From: Candidatus Eiseniibacteriota bacterium
GTDB lineage: Bacteria > Eisenbacteria > RBG-16-71-46 > JAGVPR01
Direction: 5' to 3'
DNA: 53,484 nt
NCBI GenBank assembly: GCA_020052115.1
Contig: JAGVPR010000320.1
Span: forward strand, 1-53,484
Shown here: positions 18,199-26,504 of the stretch, piece by piece
How the letters are laid out: the number at the start of each line of letters is the position of its first letter
Position numbering within the stretch: position 1 is the first letter of the stretch
Notes under the pieces: model-generated
Told to the model about the DNA's origin: nothing
The model's database searches: none
The model's input: the letters and a program-made list of their open reading frames with translations, nothing else
Made by a program: the position numbers and the translations under genes

Positions 18199-18819
18199 AT
18201 GCGAAAGACCTTCAGCGTTCTCTCTGCGGCTCTCTGTCTGTGCCTGGCACTGCCTGCGGCGGCCCAGAACATCGGCATCTTGCAGTCCGCCGAAACGAAC
18301 AACCAGGGCACTGTGAAGCTCATGGTGGCTCCTCTGATGTCGTTCGGTAGCAACGATGCGGACGACGAATTCGGGATCATGGCCCGCGTGGGATACGGAT
18401 TCACCGGCCGCTTCGACGCCGAAGCCAAGGTCGGCCTGTCCGAGAACGGCTCCTTCTTTGGTGCGGACGGAGAACTGTGGCTTCTGAAAGACGCCGGCCT
18501 GGACATCTCGTTGACGGGGGGCCTCCACTGGCTGTTCGGGGACGGTGAGAGCCTCGACACCATGGGATTCGAGATCACGCCGCTCGTGAGCGGGCACGTG
18601 ACCGAGAGTCTGGAGTTGTTCGGCGCCCTGGATGTCGCATTCGAGTCCGTACAGGATGCGCCGGCGGGCGTGGACGACTCGTACACGAGAGTCCACCTTG
18701 TCCCCGGAATCGAGTACCGGCTGTCCGACGCTGCCGATCTCGTCGCCGAGTTCGGTGTCGGGCTCAATGACAACTCGTCCGAGTACGTGAGCGCCGGCAT
18801 CGCCTTCTACTTCCGGTGA
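18199..18819 (+). CDS. Outer-membrane beta-barrel protein
   Basis: Signal peptide MRKTFSVLSAALCLCLALPAAAQ. Beta-strand periodicity. Terminal SAGIAFYFR. AGGAGG RBS. Confidence 0.7.
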   Translation: MRKTFSVLSAALCLCLALPAAAQNIGILQSAETNNQGTVKLMVAPLMSFGSNDADDEFGIMARVGYGFTGRFDAEAKVGLSENGSFFGADGELWLLKDAGLDISLTGGLHWLFGDGESLDTMGFEITPLVSGHVTESLELFGALDVAFESVQDAPAGVDDSYTRVHLVPGIEYRLSDAADLVAEFGVGLNDNSSEYVSAGIAFYFR

Positions 18820-18889
18820 CCCGGACTGATATCCGAGTGCTCGTCTTGGTCGGCAGTCGCTCACATACGCAGTCTAGGAGGACCACCTC

Positions 18890-19579
18890 GTGATAGGAAA
18901 CGGTAATGCCCATCCCAGGCAGAGAATCTTGAGCACCACTCGCGCCTTGCTCGTGTTGCTCCTGACCGCCGTCGCCGGCCTCACGGTTGCCTCGGCGGCA
19001 TGCGGGTCGGAGAGACCCGGCAGCTACCTGGCGATCAAGGGCGGCATTTATTCGCCCAGCGCGTCATTCAGCCTCGAGAACATCGACGTCGAGACCACCT
19101 TCGACGGTGATACCAGGACCGGAGTCGACGGAGAGCTCGCGATCGGACACTACTTCCTTCCCACGCTCGCTCTTGAACTCGGAGTCGGGTACTTCAAAGG
19201 CACGGGGTCCCTTGCGGAAACCCCCGTGCGCGAAGTGGATTTCGATGTCATCCCGATCATCGTGTCCGCGAAGGCTCTCATCCCGGCCGGGTCGGTTGAT
19301 CCGTACGGCGAGCTGGGGATCGGCGCTTACTTCTCGGAGTTCAACGTAGACGGCAATGCCAACAGCTTCGATGGCTCCACGACCTTCGGGCTTCATGCCG
19401 GAGCGGGGTTGAACGTCAACTTCGCCCAGAGGTTTTTCCTCGGGTTGGAGGGGAGATACGTCTGGGCCAACCCGTCGTTCGGCGACCAGACGATCAAGCT
19501 GAACGACACCGAGTACGCCCTGAACGGGTTCAATCTCAACGGATTCACCACGACGCTCGCCCTGGGCCTCGGATTCTGA
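18890..19579 (+). CDS. Outer-membrane beta-barrel protein (OmpW/OmpA-barrel-like)
   Basis: GTG start with AGGAGG upstream. N-terminal hydrophobic signal. IKGGIYSP...ELGVGYF...GLHAGAGLNVNF...FTTTLALGLGF, with a terminal Phe. Confidence 0.7.
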   Translation: MIGNGNAHPRQRILSTTRALLVLLLTAVAGLTVASAACGSERPGSYLAIKGGIYSPSASFSLENIDVETTFDGDTRTGVDGELAIGHYFLPTLALELGVGYFKGTGSLAETPVREVDFDVIPIIVSAKALIPAGSVDPYGELGIGAYFSEFNVDGNANSFDGSTTFGLHAGAGLNVNFAQRFFLGLEGRYVWANPSFGDQTIKLNDTEYALNGFNLNGFTTTLALGLGF

Positions 19580-19609
19580 CGCCCAGATCGAGACAAGGAG
19601 GGTTCGAAC

Positions 19610-20176
19610 ATGAAGTCCATGGTTTCTGTCGCTCTTGCCACCGTATTCTTCACGTTTCCTCTCGCTGCTGAGGCGGGAGCCGTCGTTCAGGGAACACAGG
19701 AATCGGTGACGCTGGTGGGATCATCTGCGCCCGGGACGACCTTCGAGTGGCTCTTCGATACGACCCCGCTCCCTACCGTCCGGGGCAAACCCCTAGAGCG
19801 CCTGACGGGAGTCGGCTTCGCTTCGGAGTCCATAGTGACTTCTCGCGAGACGAAGGGCGCAATGATCATGATGATGGAGAAGCTCCGTCCCATGGGCGAT
19901 CTCAAGGAGATCCGCCTTCTCGCGCTCGGTTTCACGAGTTCGTACGCCGAGGGAACGGGCGCACAGCAGCTGGGGCTGCAGCGGGCAGAGGTTGTCCGTG
20001 ATTTTCTCGTGACTCTTGGTTTGAGCGGGGACAACATCCAGGTCGCGAGCTTCGGCGACGACTACGCAACCGCTCGACCCTGGGAGTTGTACAAGCAGAC
20101 CTACGAGCAGGGCGTGGCCATCTGGTTGTTGGGGACGAGTCAGTCTCCAATGACCGCGGTGCTGCTCAACGATTAG
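19610..20176 (+). CDS. Secreted protein with a degenerate OmpA C-terminal-like domain
   Basis: Signal peptide MKSMVSVALATVFFTFPLAAEA. LALGFTSS...LGLQRAEVVRDFLVTLGLSGDNIQVASFGDDYA resembles GHTD...LSxxRA...G-x-G-x of OmpA_C, but the TD motif is missing. Confidence 0.5.
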   Translation: MKSMVSVALATVFFTFPLAAEAGAVVQGTQESVTLVGSSAPGTTFEWLFDTTPLPTVRGKPLERLTGVGFASESIVTSRETKGAMIMMMEKLRPMGDLKEIRLLALGFTSSYAEGTGAQQLGLQRAEVVRDFLVTLGLSGDNIQVASFGDDYATARPWELYKQTYEQGVAIWLLGTSQSPMTAVLLND

Positions 20177-20263
20177 GCTGTGACCCGCGCGGCCTCACAC
20201 CTTCGGGTCGTCCAGGGCGAGAGCTCTGGGCGATCCCGAGGTCCCTTCGCAGGAACTCCCTCC

Positions 20264-20680
20264 TTACCGCGCACCACTCCTCTTGTGGACGGCCCGGCCG
20301 ATAGCTTCCAGCAGCGCCTGGTCGCCGAACGGCTTGCGGAGGATCTCCGTCACGACGCCGGCCGAGCCGCTCTCTTCCTCGGAGTGCGCCGTGATGAACA
20401 CGACCGGGATGTGCCGCCCCATCGCGGTAAGGCGGTCGCGCAGGTCGGGCCCCGACATGCCCGGCATGCGGATGTCCAGAACGAGGCAGTCCGGCTCTCG
20501 TTTCAGCGAAGCCATGAGAAAGCTCTCGCCGGACGCATAGGTATCCACGTCCATTCGAGCAGACCGGAGCAGGCGCCGCAGCGCCTTGCAGACGGAAGGG
20601 TCGTCGTCAATCACGGCAATGAAGGTCACGACCTGACTATTGACCCGGACCGCGGCCTCCGATATGGGACCTTGGTCCAA
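20264..20680 (-). CDS. Single-domain response regulator (receiver only)
   Basis: IAVIDDDPSVCKALRRLL...DCLVLDIRMPGMSGPDL...VVFITAH...LRKPF. Confidence 0.85.
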   Translation of the reverse strand: MDQGPISEAAVRVNSQVVTFIAVIDDDPSVCKALRRLLRSARMDVDTYASGESFLMASLKREPDCLVLDIRMPGMSGPDLRDRLTAMGRHIPVVFITAHSEEESGSAGVVTEILRKPFGDQALLEAIGRAVHKRSGAR

Positions 20681-20711
20681 AGCGCGGCGGGCGGTGTGCG
20701 GGATCGGCGCT

Positions 20712-21332
20712 TCAAGTCAACCGGATGCCGGCCTTTTCGCACAGCCGAACCAGATCGGCGACGGACTGGACCCGCATCTTGTGCATGACCCGGCCGCGGT
20801 GCACCTTGACGGTCTTCTCGGATGTGCCGAGCGTCGCGGCGATCTGCTTGTTGAGCTCCCCTGCCAGCACGTGAAGAAGGACTTCGTGTTCGCGCGGCGT
20901 CAGCGTGGAAAGACGCCGCTTGGCCTCGCGGGCCGCGGCGCGTCCGCACGACTCCTCCCCCGCCCTCTTCAGCGCCCGGGAGATGGCCTCGAGCAGGTCC
21001 TTTTCGTGGAAGGGCTTGGACAGGAAGTCCGTCGCTCCCGCTTTCATGGCGCGCACGCTCGTCGGGATATCGCCGTGGCCGGTGATGAAGACGATCGGCA
21101 ATGGACTGTCCGCTTCCGAGAGCGCCTGCTGCAACTCGAGGCCGTTCAGATCGGGCATCTGAACGTCGAGCACCAGGCATCCGACCTCGTCTTGCAGCCC
21201 GCGCTGCAGAAACTCCCGTGCCGAAGCGAAGACCTCGACCCGGTATCCCGCCGCCTTCAGAAGCCGGCCGAGGCTCTTGCGTACAGACAGCTCGTCATCA
21301 ACGACGAATACAGTCCCCTCTGTGCCGCTCAT
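20712..21332 (-). CDS. FixJ/LuxR-type response regulator (receiver + LuxR HTH)
   Basis: VFVVDDELSVRKSL...GCLVLDVQMPDLNGLEL...IVFITGHGDIPTSVRAMKAGATDFLSKPF, then LTPREHEVLLHVLAGELNKQIAATLGTSEKTVKVHRGRVMHKM. Confidence 0.92.
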   Translation of the reverse strand: MSGTEGTVFVVDDELSVRKSLGRLLKAAGYRVEVFASAREFLQRGLQDEVGCLVLDVQMPDLNGLELQQALSEADSPLPIVFITGHGDIPTSVRAMKAGATDFLSKPFHEKDLLEAISRALKRAGEESCGRAAAREAKRRLSTLTPREHEVLLHVLAGELNKQIAATLGTSEKTVKVHRGRVMHKMRVQSVADLVRLCEKAGIRLT

Positions 21333-23278
21333 GGCTTCGCCTTCTCCAGCGCCGGAAGCGTGAACCAGAAGGTGGCGCCCCGGTCGGCATTGTTCGTGAG
21401 TCCGATACGACCGCCGTGCGCCTGGATGATGGAGCGGCAGATGGCGAGCCCGAGACCGATTCCATGAGGCTTCGTCGTGACGAACGGCTCGAAGACCTGT
21501 TCGAGCTTGTCCACCGGGACGCCGACTCCGCCGTCCTGGACCGAGACCCTGACGAAACGCGCGTCCGCGGCTGCTGTGCGAACCACGACCCTACGATTCC
21601 CGCCGGACATGTCTTTCATCGCGTCCAGAGCGTTCACGATGAGGTTGAGGAGGACCTGCTGAAGCTGGACCCGGTCACCATGCACCAGGGGCGGATTGGA
21701 GACGAGGTCCAGAGCGAGCGAGGCGTCTTGCAGGATCATTTCTCCGCGGACGAGTCCCGCGACCTCATCCACCAGCTCGTTGACGTCCACGTCCACGGGA
21801 TTGGATTCGCCCTTCCGGAGCAGGGAGCGCATGCGGCGGATGACCTCGCCGGCGCGCTGGTCGTCGGCCACGATGTCGGCGAGGATCTCACGGAATTCCT
21901 CCAGACCGGCGCCGCCGGCGGCGAGCAGGCGCTGAGCCGCCTGCGCATTGCTCAGGATCGCGGCCAGCGGTTGGTTTATCTCGTGCGCGAGCGACGCCGT
22001 CAGCTCGCCCATGGTGGCCACGCGCGTCATGTGCGCCAGTTCCTCCCGCCGCAGGCGGGCCTCGAGTTCGGCGCGCCGCCGGCGCCGGCTCTGCAAGACC
22101 AGGGCGAGGATGAGGCCGGATTGCAGCAGGAAGAGGGTTCCCGTGGTGATCACCAGAAGGAGATGCTGCCGCCAGAACGACCGTGGCCGAAAGCGAATGA
22201 GGCTCCCGGACGGCAACTGGCTCGCACGCACGCCCCAGCGCCGCATCTGGCGCCAGTCGAGAAGGGGCGCCGGCGCGAGCTTCTGAACAGGCGGCAGCGC
22301 ACCGGCGTTCTCCCGGGAGAGAACGCGCATCGCCAGCGCCGCCGTGGCGCGGCCGATCGCATCCATGGGGGTGGCGACGGTCCCGAGCAGCCCGTGCCCG
22401 ACGAGAGGATCGGGGCCGCCATAGATGGGTGCGGAGGACGATGCGGACATGCGCTGCATCGTCTCGTGCGGCGAGGCGGCGCCGCCGTCCAGCCCGGAGA
22501 GGTCGAACGCCAGACTGTTCGCCGGGAGGCGCGACAGCTCTTGCAGAAGCTCCAGCAGAGGCTCCTTCGCGAGCCGGTGAAACGTCACCTGGGATTCCGG
22601 AGGCCCCGGGGGCTCCCACCCCGCGCCGCCGAGCCCCGCCGAGTCCGAGATCACGAAGACCTGCCGGGTCTTGGGGTGCAGCCGCAGCGCCAGGCGCAGC
22701 GTCGCGGCCCCATCGAAGCCCGACCGCACACCGGTGACGAGCCGTGCCGATTCGCCCTGCGAAGACGTATCGGTGCCGCAGTCGGCGAAGACGACCGGGA
22801 CTTCCGGGAAGAGTTGCGGGCGATGGCGGAGGCAGAAACCGAGGCTCGCGGGGCCGATCGCGACGATGACGTCGGGCTGCCGGCTGCCGTACTTCTCACC
22901 CAGGAAACCGAGCATGCGCTCGTCGTGACGGACGGGGAATCGGATCTCGTCCAAGAACTCGCTGCAGTATTCGACCGGCCCGCCGGGACCGGAGGCGATG
23001 GCTTCGCGGAAGCTCTCATCGAAGAGGACATTGGTGGGAAGCAGCGAATTGCCGGAGCAGAGCACGAGCACGCGGGGAGGTGCATGCGAAGCGAGAAGCG
23101 GCGCGGAAGCCGCCGGGTCTGGTCGGGGACCTCCGCTGCAGACCCCGGTGAAGGCCCCCGAGACCGCCACCAGCAGGAGGTTGAGCGCCCCCCCACGAGC
23201 GCCGGACCCGACTCGAGCCCCCATCCGCAAGAAGGAGCGGCTGGATCCAGTTCGCAACACTGCCGCCATCATGTTCAC
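21329..23278 (-). CDS. Membrane sensor histidine kinase with a periplasmic substrate-binding-protein-like sensor domain
   Basis: The N-terminal ~300 aa periplasmic region (VLVLCSGNSLLPTNV...) is followed by the TM helix LLLVITTGTLFLLQSGLILALVL. H-box TASLAHEINQPLAAI. HATPase GIGLGLAICRSI. ATGA overlap with the FixJ-type gene. Confidence 0.88.
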   Translation of the reverse strand: MNMMAAVLRTGSSRSFLRMGARVGSGARGGALNLLLVAVSGAFTGVCSGGPRPDPAASAPLLASHAPPRVLVLCSGNSLLPTNVLFDESFREAIASGPGGPVEYCSEFLDEIRFPVRHDERMLGFLGEKYGSRQPDVIVAIGPASLGFCLRHRPQLFPEVPVVFADCGTDTSSQGESARLVTGVRSGFDGAATLRLALRLHPKTRQVFVISDSAGLGGAGWEPPGPPESQVTFHRLAKEPLLELLQELSRLPANSLAFDLSGLDGGAASPHETMQRMSASSSAPIYGGPDPLVGHGLLGTVATPMDAIGRATAALAMRVLSRENAGALPPVQKLAPAPLLDWRQMRRWGVRASQLPSGSLIRFRPRSFWRQHLLLVITTGTLFLLQSGLILALVLQSRRRRRAELEARLRREELAHMTRVATMGELTASLAHEINQPLAAILSNAQAAQRLLAAGGAGLEEFREILADIVADDQRAGEVIRRMRSLLRKGESNPVDVDVNELVDEVAGLVRGEMILQDASLALDLVSNPPLVHGDRVQLQQVLLNLIVNALDAMKDMSGGNRRVVVRTAAADARFVRVSVQDGGVGVPVDKLEQVFEPFVTTKPHGIGLGLAICRSIIQAHGGRIGLTNNADRGATFWFTLPALEKAKP

Positions 23279-23491
23279 TCGGCCCGCGGAGGATTGTATG
23301 GTTCGTGTCCATCAATTCGCAAACTGCGCGCCCATCCTATCAGAGAATGCCGCCGGGGTCATGCCGTCGGTCGCGGCCCCGCAAACAGCGGAGCCCCGGC
23401 CGCCCGCGCGACCGAGGCTCATTCTGCACTCGAGCCGGATGGCGACCGACCGCCATCCGACGCGTAGATCCCCGCGACCGGCTGCGCGCCT

Positions 23492-23797
23492 CTAGGACTC
23501 GCGCGTTCCCGGGTCTCCGTCGCCCTGCGGCTCCGGCCTGGACTTCTCCGCCTGCGACTTCGCCACCCGGACGATCAACCGCTTCCCGTCCAACTCGGTG
23601 GAATTGAGCCGCGAGATCGCGTCTTCCGCCTCGGAGATGGTGCTCATCCGGACGAAGCCGAAACCGCGGGACAGCCCCGTGAGCTTGTCAATCGAGATGC
23701 GCGCCGACTCCACCGTCCCGCAAGGCGCGAACATCGTGTTCAGATCCTGCTCGTTCTTCGCATGAGACAGCCTGCCGACGAAGAGTCTCGTGCCCAT
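23492..23797 (-). CDS. RRM-type RNA-binding protein (RNP-1/RNP-2)
   Basis: Start at MGTRLFVGRLS (RNP-2), RNP-1 RGFGFVRM. AAGGAGGA RBS. About 100 aa. The longer track ORF adds 8 unsupported codons. Confidence 0.9.
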   Translation of the reverse strand: MGTRLFVGRLSHAKNEQDLNTMFAPCGTVESARISIDKLTGLSRGFGFVRMSTISEAEDAISRLNSTELDGKRLIVRVAKSQAEKSRPEPQGDGDPGTRES

Positions 23798-23980
23798 TGA
23801 GATCCTCCTTGAGATGGACATTGTCTTGATCTCGAGAAGAGGAGAGGGAAGATGGGCCGAAGACGCGATAAGGAAGCGACTCTGCTCAGGTTCCGACCCC
23901 GGATTCCCAGGGGCAAAACAACATCATTGTGGAGCCGCGCAGCAGACAGCATCACCGGGCCCCAACGGCGACGCACTGCC
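23798..23980 (-). promoter_or_regulatory. Conserved ~175-nt 5' leader of RRM gene A (paralogous to 24475-24657)
   Basis: Aligns with the leader of the second RRM gene. A 38-nt core (23851-23888) is 34/38 identical. Further shared blocks are CACCGGGCCCCAA, GCAAAACAAC and the SD region. A pyrimidine tract (reverse strand CCCUCUCCUCUUCUC) is complementary to the SD AAGGAGG. Confidence 0.6.
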
Positions 23981-24025
23981 ACCGTACCACGAGCTGATTT
24001 GGGATACAATCGAAAGATTTGTATC
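23981..24025 (-). promoter_or_regulatory. Candidate promoter of RRM gene A (TTGTAT-N17-TACGGT, extended TG) overlapped by a 7-bp inverted repeat
   Basis: The reverse strand reads TTGTATcccaaatcagctcgTGgTACGGT. GATACAA-N9-TTGTATC (24003-24025) overlaps the -35. It sits in an AT-rich island within GC-rich DNA. Confidence 0.35.
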
Positions 24026-24117
24026 TGTTGAGGAGTACCTCAGCCACGCCGCGGACAGGGGCGGATCACCCGGCGCGCGCGGATGAGACTCTCGCCGGAA
24101 AGAACGCCTCGGAGACA

Positions 24118-24148
24118 CAAATGGGAGCCCCAACGGGGCTCCCATTTG
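24118..24148 (-). terminator. Perfect 14-bp hairpin downstream of RRM gene B (intrinsic-terminator-like)
   Basis: CAAATGGGAGCCCC-aac-GGGGCTCCCATTTG, 32 nt after the stop at 24181. On the transcript the stem ends in UUUG followed by U-poor sequence. Confidence 0.5.
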
Positions 24149-24180
24149 CAAGACTCGCTACTCAGCGCGAACCGGCGATC

Positions 24181-24474
24181 CTAGTACTCGCGCCGGCCGC
24201 GGTCGCCGTACGACGTCGTGCGCGAAACCTGCGGCTTCGCCAGATCAACGATCAGCGTGCGGCCTTCCATCTCGGTCGAATTCAGCGCCGTGATCGCGCT
24301 CTGAGCCTCCGACGCCGAGTTCATCTCGACGAAGCCGAACCCGCGCGACTGACCCGTCGTCTTGTCGGTGATGATCTTGGCCGACTCGACCGCGCCGTAA
24401 GGAACGAACATCGCGCTCAACTCGGCATCGGTGGTGGAATACGGCAGGCCGCCTACGTACATCTTCGAACCCAT
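24181..24474 (-). CDS. RRM-type RNA-binding protein (RNP-1/RNP-2)
   Basis: MGSKMYVGGLPYS (RNP-2), RGFGFVEM (RNP-1), and an R/G/Y-rich tail SYGDRGRREY. AAGGAGGAG RBS. Confidence 0.92.
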   Translation of the reverse strand: MGSKMYVGGLPYSTTDAELSAMFVPYGAVESAKIITDKTTGQSRGFGFVEMNSASEAQSAITALNSTEMEGRTLIVDLAKPQVSRTTSYGDRGRREY

Positions 24475-24666
24475 GAGACTCCTCCTTGAAAGGACGTCGT
24501 CTTGGTCACGAGAGAAGGAGAAGGGAGATGGGCCGAAGACGCGGTAAGACAGCGGCTCTGCTCACTGTCCGATCAGAACTCCTCGGAGCAAAACAACGTC
24601 GGCTCAGGGGCCGCTTTTGTGATTCCTTCACCGGGCCCCAAGCGACGAAGTGATTACACCATAGCA
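24475..24666 (-). promoter_or_regulatory. Conserved 5' leader plus extended -10-like element (TGcTATGGT) of RRM gene B
   Basis: Paralogous to 23798-23989. The -10-like hexamer lies exactly 184 nt from the ATG in both copies (24658 vs 24474; 23981 vs 23797). The anti-SD pyrimidine tract is CUCCCUUCUCCUUCUCUC. Confidence 0.55.
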
Positions 24667-24985
24667 TCAATCACCTCACCCCTGCAAGTCAAAGATCTCC
24701 CGGTCTTTTGTATCCGGGCGGAGCGGACATTTCGCTCTCGTTTCCTTGCAAACATCGAGTTCCGGCACGCGATGAGCGGCTGGATGCGTTGCGGGGAGGC
24801 CCGCTCCGTCTGTACAGTCGTGAGCACGAGACGCGTGAATCCCCGGACGCCATTTCTGGTGCGGGCAGAGGGTTGCGCGACGGGATGGGCCGCGGCAACC
24901 GCAAGTGCGATCCGAGCCGTCCAGCCGGCACGGAGTCGAGACGCCCGCGGATGAACGACTTCGAAAGATCAGGGAGGAGAGGCGT

Positions 24986-26164
24986 ATGAGTTCGGTACGT
25001 GTTCTGGTGGGCACACGCAAGGGCGCGTTCGTCCTGACATCGGACGGAAAGCGCAAGCAGTGGGAAGTCAGCGGCCCCCACTTCGCAGGCTGGGAGATCT
25101 ACCACTTGAAGGGCTCCCTAGTCGATCCGAACCGCGTGTATGCGTCACAGTCCAGTGGGTGGTTCGGCCAGGTGATCCAGCGTTCGGACGATGGCGGCAA
25201 GACATGGGAGGCACCCGGCGGCGGCGTGACAATGACGCCGGGCGGCATGCCTTCGGGGGAGAGCAACAGATTCGTCTACGACGCGTCTCCGGAGACCGGC
25301 AAGCCCCTGACGACGCATCAGTGGTACGACGGCACGCAGCGCCCCTGGGAATTCAAGCGAGTCTGGCATCTCGAGCCCTCGCTGACCGAGCCGGAGACCG
25401 TTTACGCCGGGGTCGAGGACGCCGCGCTGTTCCGTTCGACGGATGGCGCGAAGACCTGGCACGAGCTCGCCGGACTCCGCGGGCACGGAACCGGCCCGAA
25501 ATGGCAGCCGGGAGCCGGGGGGATGTGCCTGCACACGATCCTCATCGATCCGAAAGACCCGAAGCGGATCTTCATCGCCATCTCCGCCGCGGGCGCGTTC
25601 CGAACGGACGACGGCGGGAAGTCGTGGAAACCCATCAATCGCGGGCTGAAGTCGCAGTACATCCCGGATCCGGACGCCGAGGTCGGCCACTGTGTGCACC
25701 GCATAGCGCTGCATCCCTCGCGCCCGAACGTGCTCTTCATGCAGAAGCACTGGGATGTCCTGCGCAGCGACGACGCAGGCGACTCGTGGCACGAGGTCAG
25801 CGGGAACCTCCCGACCGACTTCGGATTCGCAATCGACGTCCACGCGCACGAGCCGGAGACCGTCTACGTCGTCCCGATCAAGAGTGATTCGGAACACTAT
25901 CCGCCTGACGGGAAGCTGCGCGTCTACCGCAGCCGCACCGGGGGGAACGAATGGGAGGCGCTGACGAACGGCCTCCCGCAAAGCGACTGCTACGTCAACG
26001 TGCTGCGCGACGCGATGGCCGTTGACTCGCTCGAGTCGTGCGGCGTCTATTTCGGCACCACCGGCGGGCAGGTGTATTTCTCGGGAGATGCGGGGAACAA
26101 CTGGTCCCCGATCGTTCGAGATCTTCCGGCCGTGATGTCCGTCGAGGTTCAGACGCTGCGATGA
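24986..26164 (+). CDS. Cytoplasmic BNR/Ycf48-like beta-propeller protein (often annotated exo-alpha-sialidase-like)
   Basis: No signal peptide. Repeats [39 protein letters not shown] and [20 protein letters not shown]. Confidence 0.85.
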   Translation: MSSVRVLVGTRKGAFVLTSDGKRKQWEVSGPHFAGWEIYHLKGSLVDPNRVYASQSSGWFGQVIQRSDDGGKTWEAPGGGVTMTPGGMPSGESNRFVYDASPETGKPLTTHQWYDGTQRPWEFKRVWHLEPSLTEPETVYAGVEDAALFRSTDGAKTWHELAGLRGHGTGPKWQPGAGGMCLHTILIDPKDPKRIFIAISAAGAFRTDDGGKSWKPINRGLKSQYIPDPDAEVGHCVHRIALHPSRPNVLFMQKHWDVLRSDDAGDSWHEVSGNLPTDFGFAIDVHAHEPETVYVVPIKSDSEHYPPDGKLRVYRSRTGGNEWEALTNGLPQSDCYVNVLRDAMAVDSLESCGVYFGTTGGQVYFSGDAGNNWSPIVRDLPAVMSVEVQTLR

Positions 26165-26457
26165 TCCGCGTCGTGCTTCCGCAGCATCTGCGAACGCTGG
26201 CGAAAGACGATGGCGAGGTCCGTCTCGACGTCGAGGGCCGGGCCACGCTCGGCTCGGTCCTCGATGCGCTCGAGACCCGCTATCCGATGCTGCGCGGGAC
26301 GATCCGCGACCACATCACCCAGGCGCGCCGGCCGTTCCTGAGATTCTTCGCCTGCGAGGAGGATCTGTCCCACGAACGTCTTGATGCGCCGCTCCCCGAG
26401 GCGGTCGTCTCAGGAGCGGAGCCGCTCTACATCGTGGGCGCGATCGCGGGTGGATAG
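26161..26457 (+). CDS. MoaD/ThiS-like ubiquitin-fold protein ending in Gly-Gly
   Basis: 98 aa. [14 protein letters not shown]...[14 protein letters not shown]...[10 protein letters not shown] followed directly by the stop. ATGA overlap with the BNR gene. Confidence 0.75.
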   Translation: MIRVVLPQHLRTLAKDDGEVRLDVEGRATLGSVLDALETRYPMLRGTIRDHITQARRPFLRFFACEEDLSHERLDAPLPEAVVSGAEPLYIVGAIAGG

Positions 26458-26504
26458 CCCGGCCGTACCGGCCGGAATGACTTGAACGAGAAAGGAGATC
26501 CGCC

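Noticed and set aside
24912-24918. Calling a Moco riboswitch upstream of the BNR/MoaD-like genes.
   Set aside because: Only a 7-nt string resembles the motif from memory, and I could not build the expected helices. It is kept only as a low-interest item to be tested with cmscan.
25787-25801. TGGCAC-N5-CAGC, a sigma-54-like match with correct GG-N10-GC spacing.
   Set aside because: It lies inside the BNR-propeller coding sequence (codons for SWHEVS) with no downstream gene start. The TGGCAC strings at 18244 and 25466 fail the -12 spacing.
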